The position numbers and the translations under genes were made by a program. This document shows, one piece after another, positions 1-9,445 of a stretch of 64,000 nucleotides of DNA (position 1 is its first letter; each line of letters starts with the position of its first letter). Under the pieces are notes generated by a model that saw only the letters and a list, made by a program, of their open reading frames with translations, was not told the DNA's origin and searched no databases. The DNA comes from Candidatus Krumholzibacteriia bacterium (GTDB lineage Bacteria; Krumholzibacteriota; Krumholzibacteriia; LZORAL124-64-63). The stretch covers positions 1 through 64,000 of the forward strand of contig JBFXKG010000005.1 in the NCBI GenBank assembly GCA_050174015.1, read 5' to 3'.

Positions 1-307
1 CGGGCACCTCGCCGGTGCCGTAGAGGTCGGTGCCCTCGGGCATTTTCACCGTGACCGAGGGACGGCCCTGGATGAGGGCGAACTCTGGCCGCAGGGTCCA
101 CACCTCGGGCAGGGGCGCGGGGTTCGCGGTCTGCTCGACCAGGCAGAGCGAGGGCCGCGCGCGCTCCTGCGCCGTGGCCGAGGCGTGGAACCGGGCGGCG
201 TCCGGGCCGATCCGCTCGCCGACGACGGGTTCGGAACGGCCGGGAGCGGAGGCCCACGGAGCGCAAAGGAGAAGGATCAGGACGAGCAGGCGGGCGGTTC
301 GTGGCAT
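1..307 (-). CDS. 5' part of a secreted glycoside hydrolase family 31 (alpha-glucosidase-like) protein, runs off the window
   Basis: Manual translation MPRTARLLVLILLLCAPWASA...PEGTDLYGTGEVP; signal peptide; LYGTGEV resembles the GH31 N-terminal region; GGAGAG upstream. Not in the ORF track because truncated. Confidence 0.6.
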   Translation of the reverse strand, partial: MPRTARLLVLILLLCAPWASAPGRSEPVVGERIGPDAARFHASATAQERARPSLCLVEQTANPAPLPEVWTLRPEFALIQGRPSVTVKMPEGTDLYGTGEVP

Positions 308-378
308 GCATCTCTCCGGGGATGGGGTCCGGAGAGCATCCTAACCCGGGATGCCCGGCCGCCCAAGGGAATTGGCCG

Positions 379-1140
379 TCAATCCCGCCCGGCCGACCGC
401 GTCAGCGGCACGAACCTCACGGGCAGCACCGCCTCTTCCCGGACGGCCCCGTCCTCGTCCTTCCTGACGACCGTCAGCCACTGGGTGTCTCCCCACGGAC
501 CCACCGGCATCACCAGCACGCCGCCGGGCGCCAGCTGGGCGATCAGCGGCGGCGGGATCTCCGGCGCGGCGGCGGTGACCATGATCCCCGGGAAGGGGGC
601 CAGATCGGGCAGGCCCAGGTAGCCGTCCCCCTCGTGCACCGTTACGTTGTCGTATCCCAGTTCGCGCAGCCTCAGCCGGGCGCTCCGGGCTAGTTCGGGC
701 ACGATCTCGATGGTGTGCACCGCGCCTTCGGGCAGGACCTCGGCCAGCACGGCGGCCTGGTAGCCCGAACCGGTGCCGATCTCCAGGACCGTGTCGCCGG
801 GGGCGGTCTCCAGCAGGTCGGTCATCAGGGCCACGATGGTGGGCTGGCTGATGGTCTGCCCGTGCCCGATGGACAGGGGGCGGTTGGCGTAGGCGTGGCC
901 GCGGGCTTCCGGGGGGACGAACAGGTGGCGGGGGACCTTGGCCAGGGCGCGGTGGACGGCATCGCTGAGGCGGGGACGCCCGAGGATGTGGCTGTTGCGC
1001 GTCACATCGGCCTCGACGTCCCGTACCATGGACAGGCGATCCTCGCGGCGATCGGGATCGCCGCCGGCGCCGGAGCGTGAAGTGCCCGCAGCCATCGCCA
1101 GGACCACCAAGGTCAGAAGGAAGAAGCAGCGTGGACGCAT
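379..1140 (-). CDS. pcm: Protein-L-isoaspartate O-methyltransferase with N-terminal signal-like segment
   Basis: GQTISQP, VLEIGTGSGYQAA, GDG, VRFVPL motifs; start set at MRPRCFF. Confidence 0.93.
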   Translation of the reverse strand: MRPRCFFLLTLVVLAMAAGTSRSGAGGDPDRREDRLSMVRDVEADVTRNSHILGRPRLSDAVHRALAKVPRHLFVPPEARGHAYANRPLSIGHGQTISQPTIVALMTDLLETAPGDTVLEIGTGSGYQAAVLAEVLPEGAVHTIEIVPELARSARLRLRELGYDNVTVHEGDGYLGLPDLAPFPGIMVTAAAPEIPPPLIAQLAPGGVLVMPVGPWGDTQWLTVVRKDEDGAVREEAVLPVRFVPLTRSAGRD

Positions 1141-1235
1141 GGAACCGTCCTCCCGCTTCAGCATAGACGTCTGCAGGGGGAATGACAAGGGGCCCCGGCC
1201 TCCGGAGGCCGGGGCGGAACCCTAGAGGTCGGACC

Positions 1236-1853
1236 ATGAAACGATTCGCGATCATCACCCTGGCCGTCCTGCTGGGGACGGCCCTGACCGGAGAGGGCGA
1301 GACCATGGCGAAGGAAGAACGGGCCCTGGAGCGGATCACCCTGGGCGGGGGCTGCTTCTGGTGCATCGAGGCGGTGTTCGAGGAACTCGCAGGCGTGGTC
1401 AAGGCGGAGTCCGGCTACGCCGGCGGGGACGGCCCCGCGGAATACAAGGCCGTCTGCAGCGGGACCACGGGTCACGCCGAGGTCGTGCAGGTGACCTACG
1501 ATCCCGAGGTGGTCTCCGTCAGGGACATCCTGGGAGTCTTTTTCGCCGTCCACGATCCCACCACGCCGAACCGCCAGGGCGCCGACGTGGGCACCCAGTA
1601 CCGTTCGGTGATCTTCCACGAGACCAAGGCCCAGGCCGTGGCGGCCCAGGAGGCGGTGGCGAAGCTGGAGGCCGACAAGGTGTGGCCGGATCGGGTGGTG
1701 ACGCAGATCGAACCCCTGGAGGAGTTCTTTCCGGCCGAGCCCTACCACCAGGACTACTACCGCAACAACAAGAGCCAGGGCTACTGCCAGGTGGTGATCA
1801 ATCCCAAGCTGGCGAAGTTCCGCAAGGAGTTCGCGGAGCGGTTGAAGGATTGA
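1236..1853 (+). CDS. msrA: Peptide methionine sulfoxide reductase A with signal peptide
   Basis: GGGCFWC, GHAEVVQV, RQGADVGTQYRS, AEPYHQDYY, GYC; start MKRFAII. Confidence 0.95.
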   Translation: MKRFAIITLAVLLGTALTGEGETMAKEERALERITLGGGCFWCIEAVFEELAGVVKAESGYAGGDGPAEYKAVCSGTTGHAEVVQVTYDPEVVSVRDILGVFFAVHDPTTPNRQGADVGTQYRSVIFHETKAQAVAAQEAVAKLEADKVWPDRVVTQIEPLEEFFPAEPYHQDYYRNNKSQGYCQVVINPKLAKFRKEFAERLKD

Positions 1854-1911
1854 TCGCTGATCGCGCTGGGATCACGCGGTGGGGTCTGCCCCGGGACTTG
1901 AAGAATCGTGG

Positions 1912-1941
1912 CGCAGAAGGGTTCAAATGAACCCTTCTGCG
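1912..1941. repeat. Perfect inverted repeat between convergent genes
   Basis: CGCAGAAGGGTTCA-AA-TGAACCCTTCTGCG; no U-tract. Confidence 0.7.
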
Positions 1942-2012
1942 GCCTGATTGATCAAAACGAAGGGAATTCGACGGAGTGCTCCTCGGCGACACCCGCTGGA
2001 CCCCCGGGGGAA

Positions 2013-2786
2013 TCAACCCGCCTTCCGTCCCCGGATGCTGTAGACGATGGGCACGTCCTGTCCCCGGTGTTCGAGGTGGAAGCGCCCCGGCTCCCGCTCG
2101 ACCATTCCCGGGAAGCAGTCGTAGGGACTGAAGGGGTATTCCTTCAGGCTCTCGATCCGGATGCCGGCCTCGATGAGCGCGCCCACCACGCTCGACAGGG
2201 GATGGGACCACTGGGCGTGCCTGGTCACCACGTCCCGGCCGTTCTCGGTGTAGGTCCCCGACTCCTCGATGTCGGGCTCCTCGCGGGTGAAGTACGAGTA
2301 TCCCTCGAGCAGGTCGTAGATCGGGTGGAACTCCACCAGGCAGAAGGTTCCGCCCGGCGCCAGGTTGTCCGCCACGACCCGGGCCCAGCGCCGCACGTCC
2401 GGCAGCCAGCAGAGGGTCCCGTAGGAGGCGAAGACGACGTCGAAGGGATCGGCCGGGCCCCGATCGTAGTCGTAGACGTTGGCGCAGACGAATTCGGCGC
2501 CCACGCCGCTGCGGCGGGACAGCTCCCGGGCGCGGTCGATGGCGACCGGGGAGATGTCCACCCCCGTGCAGCGGGCCCCGAGGCGGGCCCACGACAGGGT
2601 GTCCAGGCCGAAGTGGCACTGCAGGTGCAGCAGGCTGCGCCCGTCCACGGAGCCCAAAGCGGCCAGCTCGATCTCCCGCAGGCTCGTGGCGCCCCCCAGC
2701 CAACCCTCCACGTCGTAGAACCGCGAGGTCCAGTGCGCTTCGGTCCGGATGTCCCACGCGGCACGGTTCAATTCGAAGTGGTCCAC
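2013..2786 (-). CDS. Class I SAM-dependent methyltransferase
   Basis: LLHLQCHFGLDT, TGVDIS, FDVVFASYG, LAPGG motifs. Confidence 0.88.
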   Translation of the reverse strand: MDHFELNRAAWDIRTEAHWTSRFYDVEGWLGGATSLREIELAALGSVDGRSLLHLQCHFGLDTLSWARLGARCTGVDISPVAIDRARELSRRSGVGAEFVCANVYDYDRGPADPFDVVFASYGTLCWLPDVRRWARVVADNLAPGGTFCLVEFHPIYDLLEGYSYFTREEPDIEESGTYTENGRDVVTRHAQWSHPLSSVVGALIEAGIRIESLKEYPFSPYDCFPGMVEREPGRFHLEHRGQDVPIVYSIRGRKAG

Positions 2787-2790
2787 GCCT

Positions 2791-4824
2791 TCACCTCCCC
2801 ACCATCCCGTCGTCGTGCACGTCCCGGTCCGCGGACCGCAGGTCGCGCAGCAGGCGGCGCACGTCCCGCACCCCGCCCCAGGTGAACCAGACCACCACGA
2901 TCGTGCCCAGGCCGATCTCGATCCAGGTCCGCACCTCCCAGAATCCCAGCCACAGGGGGTTCCAGGGGCTCCAGTCGCCGTTCTCGACGGGGCGGGTCAG
3001 GAAGTAGGCCGTGCCGGCGGCGAAGACCACCACCCAGGCGAAGTTCCAGCCCCAGGTCAACAGGTAGAGGATCCGGTCGCGGCGGCCGAACTCGTCGGTG
3101 ATGCCCAGGATGCGCCAGCCCCGGTTCACCGTGAGCGTCCCCTCTTCGACCTCGCCGGCCAGCCTGAAGGCGCCGCGGTGCAGCAGGCGGTCCAGATCGA
3201 AGTCGCGCCGGCGGATGGCCTGCTGGATCAGCGACACCGCCACGTAGACCACCAGGCAGAGCCACATGGCCAGGCCCCAGAGCTGCTGGCCGTTGGGCAG
3301 GTGATCGCTGGTGTAGGCGGCCCAGGCCGCGGCGCGCCCGGCGCCCAGGCCGTCCAGCATCCCCCAGAAGGGGATCCCGGTCTCGCGGAAGGCGCGCTGG
3401 GCCTGCTCGAGGACGAATCCGCCGAGGGCCAGGGTCACGCCCGTGATCGAGGCCGCCCAGGCGGCGGCGGTCGTGCCCCAGCGGGTGTAAAGCCCGCCGA
3501 TGATCACCGCGCCGGACCAGCCGGCGAAGATCGCGCCGGTCAGGGCGAAGAACAGCAGGATCGCCTGGCTCTGCTTGTAGAACAGGCTGAACAGGAAGGC
3601 GAACACGGCGACGAGGACCACGCCCGACCTCAACAGCATCAGGTGGGCCCGGGGCGAAAGAGGCTTGTTCCGGAACGGCAGAACGACGTCCTGGATGAAG
3701 ATGCTGCTCCAGGAGTGCATGTAGGTGCTGTGGGTGCTGACGAAGGCGCCGAGCATCAGGGCCGCGAAGGCGCCCAGCAGGCCGGGGGGCAAGAGGGCGG
3801 CCAGGACCAGGGGCCCCCGCATCTGGTTGCGCACCGCCTCGTTGCCGATCAGGTCCAGCTTGGCGTCCACTCCGTCGGCCACGCCCGACCAGCCCTGGTG
3901 ATGCATGACGGTGAACACGAGGATGGGCACCAGGGTCATGAACACGTCCTGGGTGCGCTGGCGCCACAGGCCCAGCACGTTGCCCATCTTGCCCTCGTGG
4001 GCGGTGCGGGCCGAGCTGTTGTAGGCCTGGGTGCCCTGCCAGGACATGGCGCCGTAGAACAGGCCCAGCACCCCGATCAGGAAGTACTGGAAGTTGAAGT
4101 CCTCGACGAAGCCGGTGTCGAAGGGATTGATCTTCGAGTGGCCCACGGGAGCCAGGGACAGCACCTCGCCCACGGATTCCCAGCCGACCAGCAGCACGAG
4201 GTAGACCGCGAGGACCAGGAACACCACGTTGGCGAACACGCCCTGGATGAAGTTGGTGATCATCACGGCGACCTGGCCGCCCAGGAACACGAAGAACACC
4301 GACGTGGCCAGCAGCACGGCCATGATGGCGGGGAACAGGGGGACCGCCAGCCCGCCTGCGTGGACGACCTCGGGCAGGCCCAGGTAGTGGATGAAGAAGC
4401 GCGTACCCACCGAGGGGAAGATGCCGAAGTTGATGATCCCCGCGACGAAGGCCACCGTGCCGGCGAAAATGCGGAAACGGCGGCTGTAGCGGCGCTCGAA
4501 GAACTCCGCGAGGGTCAGGGCGCGGGTGCGGCGGAAGCGGTAGGTGACCCAGCCGGTGACCATCACCACGACCTGGAACAGGGCCATGGTCAGGCCCCAC
4601 CAGGTCAGCGCGAAGCCGGCCTCGTAGCCCATCTCCAGGTTGGCCACCACGGTGATGGCGCCCAGCCCGGCGATGCCCATGGAGATGGTCAGCAGGTAAC
4701 GTCCGGCGGAGCGGCCGGCGGCCAGGTAGTCCGAAACCCCGCGCATGTACCCGCGGGTGGCGAGGACGGTCACGACGATGGCCGCGTACATGGCCAGCAG
4801 GATGGTCCAGTCCAGGAAGGTCAT
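2791..4824 (-). CDS. Sodium:solute symporter (SSS) family protein
   Basis: Start MTFLDW; DYLAAGRS, TLAEFFERRY, many TM helices; TGATG overlap with ogt stop. Confidence 0.88.
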   Translation of the reverse strand: MTFLDWTILLAMYAAIVVTVLATRGYMRGVSDYLAAGRSAGRYLLTISMGIAGLGAITVVANLEMGYEAGFALTWWGLTMALFQVVVMVTGWVTYRFRRTRALTLAEFFERRYSRRFRIFAGTVAFVAGIINFGIFPSVGTRFFIHYLGLPEVVHAGGLAVPLFPAIMAVLLATSVFFVFLGGQVAVMITNFIQGVFANVVFLVLAVYLVLLVGWESVGEVLSLAPVGHSKINPFDTGFVEDFNFQYFLIGVLGLFYGAMSWQGTQAYNSSARTAHEGKMGNVLGLWRQRTQDVFMTLVPILVFTVMHHQGWSGVADGVDAKLDLIGNEAVRNQMRGPLVLAALLPPGLLGAFAALMLGAFVSTHSTYMHSWSSIFIQDVVLPFRNKPLSPRAHLMLLRSGVVLVAVFAFLFSLFYKQSQAILLFFALTGAIFAGWSGAVIIGGLYTRWGTTAAAWAASITGVTLALGGFVLEQAQRAFRETGIPFWGMLDGLGAGRAAAWAAYTSDHLPNGQQLWGLAMWLCLVVYVAVSLIQQAIRRRDFDLDRLLHRGAFRLAGEVEEGTLTVNRGWRILGITDEFGRRDRILYLLTWGWNFAWVVVFAAGTAYFLTRPVENGDWSPWNPLWLGFWEVRTWIEIGLGTIVVVWFTWGGVRDVRRLLRDLRSADRDVHDDGMVGR

Positions 4825-5390
4825 CAGAACAGGCGCGGCTCCTCGATGCGGGTGGTGGCGCCGCCCAGGGTGTGGCCCTCGAGCCGCAGCAGGCGGGCCT
4901 TGGTGGTGATGCCGCCCGCGAAACCGACCAGGGATCCGCCCTTGCCGATCAGCCGGTGGCAGGGCACGAGGATCGGCAGGGGATTGTGTCCCGCCGCCTG
5001 CCCCACCGCCCGCGTGGCGTTGGGCTTGCGCAGGGCGCGGGCCACCTGGCCGTAGGTGCGGGTGCGCCCGTAGGGGATGGCCAGCAGCTGGGTCCAGACG
5101 CGGATCTGGAACGGGGTGCCCTGAAGGTCGAGGTCGATCTCGAAGTTGACGCGACGGCCGAGGAAGTACTCGGCCAGCTGGTCCTTGAGGTCCTCGAAGC
5201 CGAGGGGGTCCTCGCGGATGGACAGGGGCTCGCCCCCGGGTTCGGCGGGGAAGTAGCGGCGCGCCAGGGCGTGGGCCCTGGTGTGATGCTCCCAGGCCTG
5301 GGGCAGGAACTCCAGCCGGACCAGGCCCCTGGGCCCCGCCACGGCCAGCAGCGGGTCCAGGACGGTTCGCAGCAACGCGTAACGCACCAT
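4824..5390 (-). CDS. ogt: Methylated-DNA--protein-cysteine methyltransferase
   Basis: GTPFQ..VW, IPYG, RAVG, NPLPILVPCHR active-site motif. Confidence 0.93.
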   Translation of the reverse strand: MVRYALLRTVLDPLLAVAGPRGLVRLEFLPQAWEHHTRAHALARRYFPAEPGGEPLSIREDPLGFEDLKDQLAEYFLGRRVNFEIDLDLQGTPFQIRVWTQLLAIPYGRTRTYGQVARALRKPNATRAVGQAAGHNPLPILVPCHRLIGKGGSLVGFAGGITTKARLLRLEGHTLGGATTRIEEPRLF

Positions 5391-5445
5391 CGGCAGTCCT
5401 TTCGCAACGGCGGCGATGATAGCAGAACCCCCGGCCGCAAGGCAC

Positions 5446-5475
5446 AAAAAAGGGCGCGCCCGCAGGCGCGCCCTT
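5446..5475 (-). terminator. Rho-independent terminator
   Basis: AAGGGCGCGCC-CGCA-GGCGCGCCCTT with an A-run on + (U-tract on -), just after the 5496-6179 gene. Confidence 0.8.
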
Positions 5476-5495
5476 GGTCGGTCACAGGATCCGGT

Positions 5496-6179
5496 CTACC
5501 GGAACATGGACTTCACGCCGCCGAAGCTGGACTTCTCGTCGGGCACGGCACAGATGCTGGAGTTGTCCACGCCGGGGGAGTCGGTGATGCAGAGGTCGAA
5601 GGTACCGACGACCCAGTAGCCGTCGCAGACCAGGGCGTGGCCGGGGACGTAGGTGCCGTCCGGGCCGACGGTGGCGGTGCCGTAGTAGGCGTCGCCGGTG
5701 CCGGGGGTCTCGACCAGGGCGATGCTGTCGATGATGGAGGACCACAGGACGTTGTCGATGGTCCAGTCGTCGTCCAGGTCGATGTCGTCATTGACGATGC
5801 CGGTGAAGCCGGACACCAGCATGAAGGTCACGTTGTCGCTGTTCTCGAAGTTCAGCAGGGTGCCGAAGACGGCGTCGGCCGCTTCGCCGCAGGTCTGGGT
5901 GTAGGTGGTCTCGACGCCCAGGAAATAGCCGTCGGCGGCGATGCTGTAGCCGTCCAGGGAGATGGCGGCCTCGATGGCGCCGTTGAGGGCGGTGCCGTCG
6001 CCGATGACGATCAGGGTCAGGCCGTTGAGGCTCTCGCCGGGCATGCCGGCCAGTTCGAAGTACTCGTCGTTGTCGGTGCTGCCCTGGTCGATACGGACCT
6101 CGTTGAGGGTCACGGCCAGGGTGGGCACGGCCAGGAGGGCCATGGCGGCGAGGATGAGGGTGACTTTAATAAGGCGCAT
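5496..6179 (-). CDS. Secreted acidic protein, lamin-tail-like domain, C-terminal SSFGGVKSMFR tail
   Basis: Signal peptide MRLIKV...TLA; LNEVRIDQ..DNDEYFEL motif. Confidence 0.7.
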   Translation of the reverse strand: MRLIKVTLILAAMALLAVPTLAVTLNEVRIDQGSTDNDEYFELAGMPGESLNGLTLIVIGDGTALNGAIEAAISLDGYSIAADGYFLGVETTYTQTCGEAADAVFGTLLNFENSDNVTFMLVSGFTGIVNDDIDLDDDWTIDNVLWSSIIDSIALVETPGTGDAYYGTATVGPDGTYVPGHALVCDGYWVVGTFDLCITDSPGVDNSSICAVPDEKSSFGGVKSMFR

Positions 6180-6300
6180 GGTTTCATCCCTTTCAGATGA
6201 TGGGCCCGACCGGGGATCCGGCTCCCCCCGGAAGCTCGGCAGGGCACTGACGGAAGGTGACATCGGGAGAGAACTGAGCTCAGGCTTCTCCTTGCAGGAA

Positions 6301-6330
6301 ATCATAACACATCAAGAGGAATCTTGTAAA
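6301..6330 (-). promoter_or_regulatory. Putative sigma70 promoter (extended -10)
   Basis: Minus strand TTTACA-18nt-TATGAT with TG ahead of the -10, in an AT-rich patch. Confidence 0.45.
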
Positions 6331-6481
6331 TCCATCTTTTGAATTTGCTTAATCCTAACAATCCTGGCGAAAATGCCAGAAAATATTCGTCCTGGATTCC
6401 ATTTGAATTCCTCCGGGAAATCCCGGATCTTGAGGAACGTATCCCCCTGGGCGGCCCCGCGGCCGAATCCTGGAGATCCCG

Positions 6482-9196
6482 GTGGCCGGAATCCTTTCCA
6501 TTCTTGCCTGCCTGTTGCTGCTGACGGGACCGTCCATCGCCGGGAACGTCCCCGCCCTGGCCCTCGAGACCCACACCCTGCCCAACGGCCTGCAGGTCAT
6601 CCTGCAGCCCGACCCAGCCTGCGACGTGGTCGCCGTGAACATCCGGTATCATTCGGGATCGGGGGCGGAGGATCCCGGCGAGCACGGGCTCGCCCACCTG
6701 TTCGAGCACCTGATGTTCAAGGGGTCCGAACACCACGACCGCGACTATTTCCAGACCATCCAGGAGGCGGGGGGAGAGGTCAACGCCCAGACCGACCGGG
6801 ACCGCACCACCTTCTGGGAGACCATCGCCCCCGAGCAGCTGGAGCGCGTCCTGTGGCTGGAGGCGGACCGCATGGGGCGCCTCCTGCCGGCTTTGACCCC
6901 CGAGAAGTTCGACCGGCAGAAGGAAGTGGTGATCCGGGAGCTGGCCCAGCGGGCGGACGAGCCCTACGGCGGGGGCGCCGATCTCCTGGCGGGCCTGGTC
7001 CATCCGCGGGAGCATCCCTATTCCCGCCCGGTGGGGGGAGACCCCAGTGATCTGCAGGGCCTGACCCTCGAGGACGCCCGGGCCTTCCACCGGACCCATT
7101 ACGTTCCGAACAACGCCTCGCTGTGCATCGTGGGGGCCTTCGATCCCGACCTGGCCCTGGAATGGGTGAAGCGGTATTTCGGCCCCCTGGAGCCCGGCCC
7201 CCGGAGGGCCAGGCTGCGGAGCTGGCCGGTCACCCTGGCGGGCGAACGCCGCCTCGTGGTTCCCGAGGTCAAGGGGCTCGGGCGCATCGCCATGGCCTGG
7301 CCCTCTCCGGGCTGGTTCCGGCCCGGCGACGGGGAACTCGACCTGCTGGCGGACGTCCTGGCCCAGGGCAGGTCCTCCCGGCTGACCCGCAGGCTGGTCC
7401 ACGAGCTGAAGACCGCCCAGAAGGTGGCCGCGAGGCAGGAATCCCGGGAACTGGGGGGGATGTTCGTGGTGGAGATCACCGCCGCTCCCGGGGCGGATCT
7501 CGGGGCCCTCGAAGCCGCCGCGGACGAGGTCCTGACGACCCTCCTGGAGGACGGGATCACCCCCGAGGAACTGCGCGGGGCGGTCAACCGCCGCCATGCG
7601 GACCTGCTGAGAAGGCTCGAGATTCCCGGCGGGACGTCGGGCCGGGCCCACATCCTGAACCGCTACCTGGCCCACACCGGCCGTGCCGACTACCTCGGCC
7701 GGGATCTGGACCGCTATCTCGGCGCGACGGCCGAGGGGGTGAGCGCCTGGGCCAGGCGGTGCCTCAGCCTGGAGGACCGGGCGGTCCTGGTGCATCTCCC
7801 CGGGTCCGCGCCGGTCGGGCAGGTCGATGCCGTGGGGGTCCCGGACACCCTGCCTCCGGTGGGGCCGGGAACGCCATTCAGCCCGCCGTTGCTGGAGCAG
7901 GGCGTTCTGGGCAACGGGATGAAGGTGCTCCTGGTCCGCCGGCCGGGTTTGCCCCTGGCGGAGGTCCATCTGCACGTCCAGACCGGATGGGCCGCCGACC
8001 CCGCCGGCCGGCCGGGAACGGCCACCCTGACCGCGGCCATGCTCGACGAGGGGGCGGGCGACCTCTCGGGGCAGGAGATCGCCGCCCGTTTCGAGGCCCT
8101 GGGCGCGGAATTCCGCACGACCTCGTCCTTCGACGGGGTGACCCTCTCTCTCAACATCCTGGCCGGTCGGCTGGACGAGGGGCTGGACCTCCTGCAGGAT
8201 CTGGTCCGGCGTCCCCGCTTCGATTCCCGGGAGTTCGCCGACCTGAAGGGGCGCTACCGGGGACGGCAGGCGCAGGAGGCGGCCGATGCGGCGATCCGCG
8301 GGATCGTGGAGGTCCAGGAGCTGGTGTTCGGGCCGGACCACCCCTACGGGCTGCCCTACACCGGCAGCGGAACCCCTGCGGGCCTGGAGGCCCTGACCGT
8401 CCAGGATCTGCGCGACTTCCACCGCCGCTGGTACAGGCCCGGGAACGTGGCGGTGGTCCTGGTGGGCGACCTCGATCCGGAAGAGGCGCTGGCGCGCTGT
8501 GAAAGGGCATTCGGGAGCTGGAAGGCCGCAGCGCCGCCGGTGCCGCCCGCCCTGCCGGCGGCCGGCCCGCACCCCGGGGGCGTCGTCCTGTTCGACCATC
8601 CGGGGGAGAAGCAGGCGACCCTCGTCGCCGGTTGCCTGGCCGTTCCCCGCAGCCATCCCGACTACCGGGCCCTGCAACTGGTCAACCTGGTGTTCGGGGG
8701 CCAGTACGCCTCCCGCATCAATCTGAACCTGCGCGAGGACAGGGGGCTGACCTACGGGGTGCGGTCCCGCCTGCTCGGATTCCGGGGTGCGGGCCTGTTC
8801 CTGATCACAGCCCAGGTGCCCGTCGACCGGGTGCCCGAGGCGATGCGGGAACTGGACCGGGAGCTGAGGGATCTGCGCACGACCCGACCGCTCACCGCGG
8901 ACGAGCTGGAGATGGGCCGGGCGCGCCTCCAGGCGGGATTCACCCGCAGCTTCGGGACCATGCGCCGGGTGGCCGACAACGTCGACCACCTGCTTGAGAA
9001 CGCTTTGCCCCTGGACGCCTGGGCGGCCACGCTCGGCGAGATCGCCGGAATCGACCCGGCCGCGGCCGCAGGCGTCGTGGAGCGTCACCTGGATCCGGAC
9101 CGGCTGGTCTGGGTGGTCCTGGGGCCGGCGGCGGAGGTGGAGGCGGGTTTCCGGGCGGCGGGAATGACCGACTGGGAGCGCGGGGACAGCCCTTGA
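6482..9196 (+). CDS. M16 (pitrilysin/PqqL-like) zinc protease, two-half fusion, secreted
   Basis: GLAHLFEHLMFKGS (HxxEH), NAQT, RINLNLREDRGLTYG. Confidence 0.9.
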   Translation: MAGILSILACLLLLTGPSIAGNVPALALETHTLPNGLQVILQPDPACDVVAVNIRYHSGSGAEDPGEHGLAHLFEHLMFKGSEHHDRDYFQTIQEAGGEVNAQTDRDRTTFWETIAPEQLERVLWLEADRMGRLLPALTPEKFDRQKEVVIRELAQRADEPYGGGADLLAGLVHPREHPYSRPVGGDPSDLQGLTLEDARAFHRTHYVPNNASLCIVGAFDPDLALEWVKRYFGPLEPGPRRARLRSWPVTLAGERRLVVPEVKGLGRIAMAWPSPGWFRPGDGELDLLADVLAQGRSSRLTRRLVHELKTAQKVAARQESRELGGMFVVEITAAPGADLGALEAAADEVLTTLLEDGITPEELRGAVNRRHADLLRRLEIPGGTSGRAHILNRYLAHTGRADYLGRDLDRYLGATAEGVSAWARRCLSLEDRAVLVHLPGSAPVGQVDAVGVPDTLPPVGPGTPFSPPLLEQGVLGNGMKVLLVRRPGLPLAEVHLHVQTGWAADPAGRPGTATLTAAMLDEGAGDLSGQEIAARFEALGAEFRTTSSFDGVTLSLNILAGRLDEGLDLLQDLVRRPRFDSREFADLKGRYRGRQAQEAADAAIRGIVEVQELVFGPDHPYGLPYTGSGTPAGLEALTVQDLRDFHRRWYRPGNVAVVLVGDLDPEEALARCERAFGSWKAAAPPVPPALPAAGPHPGGVVLFDHPGEKQATLVAGCLAVPRSHPDYRALQLVNLVFGGQYASRINLNLREDRGLTYGVRSRLLGFRGAGLFLITAQVPVDRVPEAMRELDRELRDLRTTRPLTADELEMGRARLQAGFTRSFGTMRRVADNVDHLLENALPLDAWAATLGEIAGIDPAAAAGVVERHLDPDRLVWVVLGPAAEVEAGFRAAGMTDWERGDSP

Positions 9197-9268
9197 GCGT
9201 CGCTCCGAAAGCGCACCATCGCGCTCCCATGTTCTGATACTTAAAAATCATAATCAAAAAATTAACAC

Positions 9269-9298
9269 TTGATGCGGTCCCGGGATCCGCGGTAAGCT
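9269..9298 (+). promoter_or_regulatory. Putative sigma70 promoter of the S8 protease
   Basis: TTGATG-18nt-TAAGCT preceded by an AT-rich UP-like tract. Confidence 0.4.
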
Positions 9299-9445
9299 CT
9301 TGGGATCAGGTCAACTACTACCATTGTGGTAGGAATTGAGACCCGAAAGGAGGTTGTGGACGGCTATCTGGACGCTGGGGTCGCCAGGGACAGGAGGGGA
9401 GAACTCCAGACCCTTACCTCGCACCAATAGCAGATCGGAGATCGA

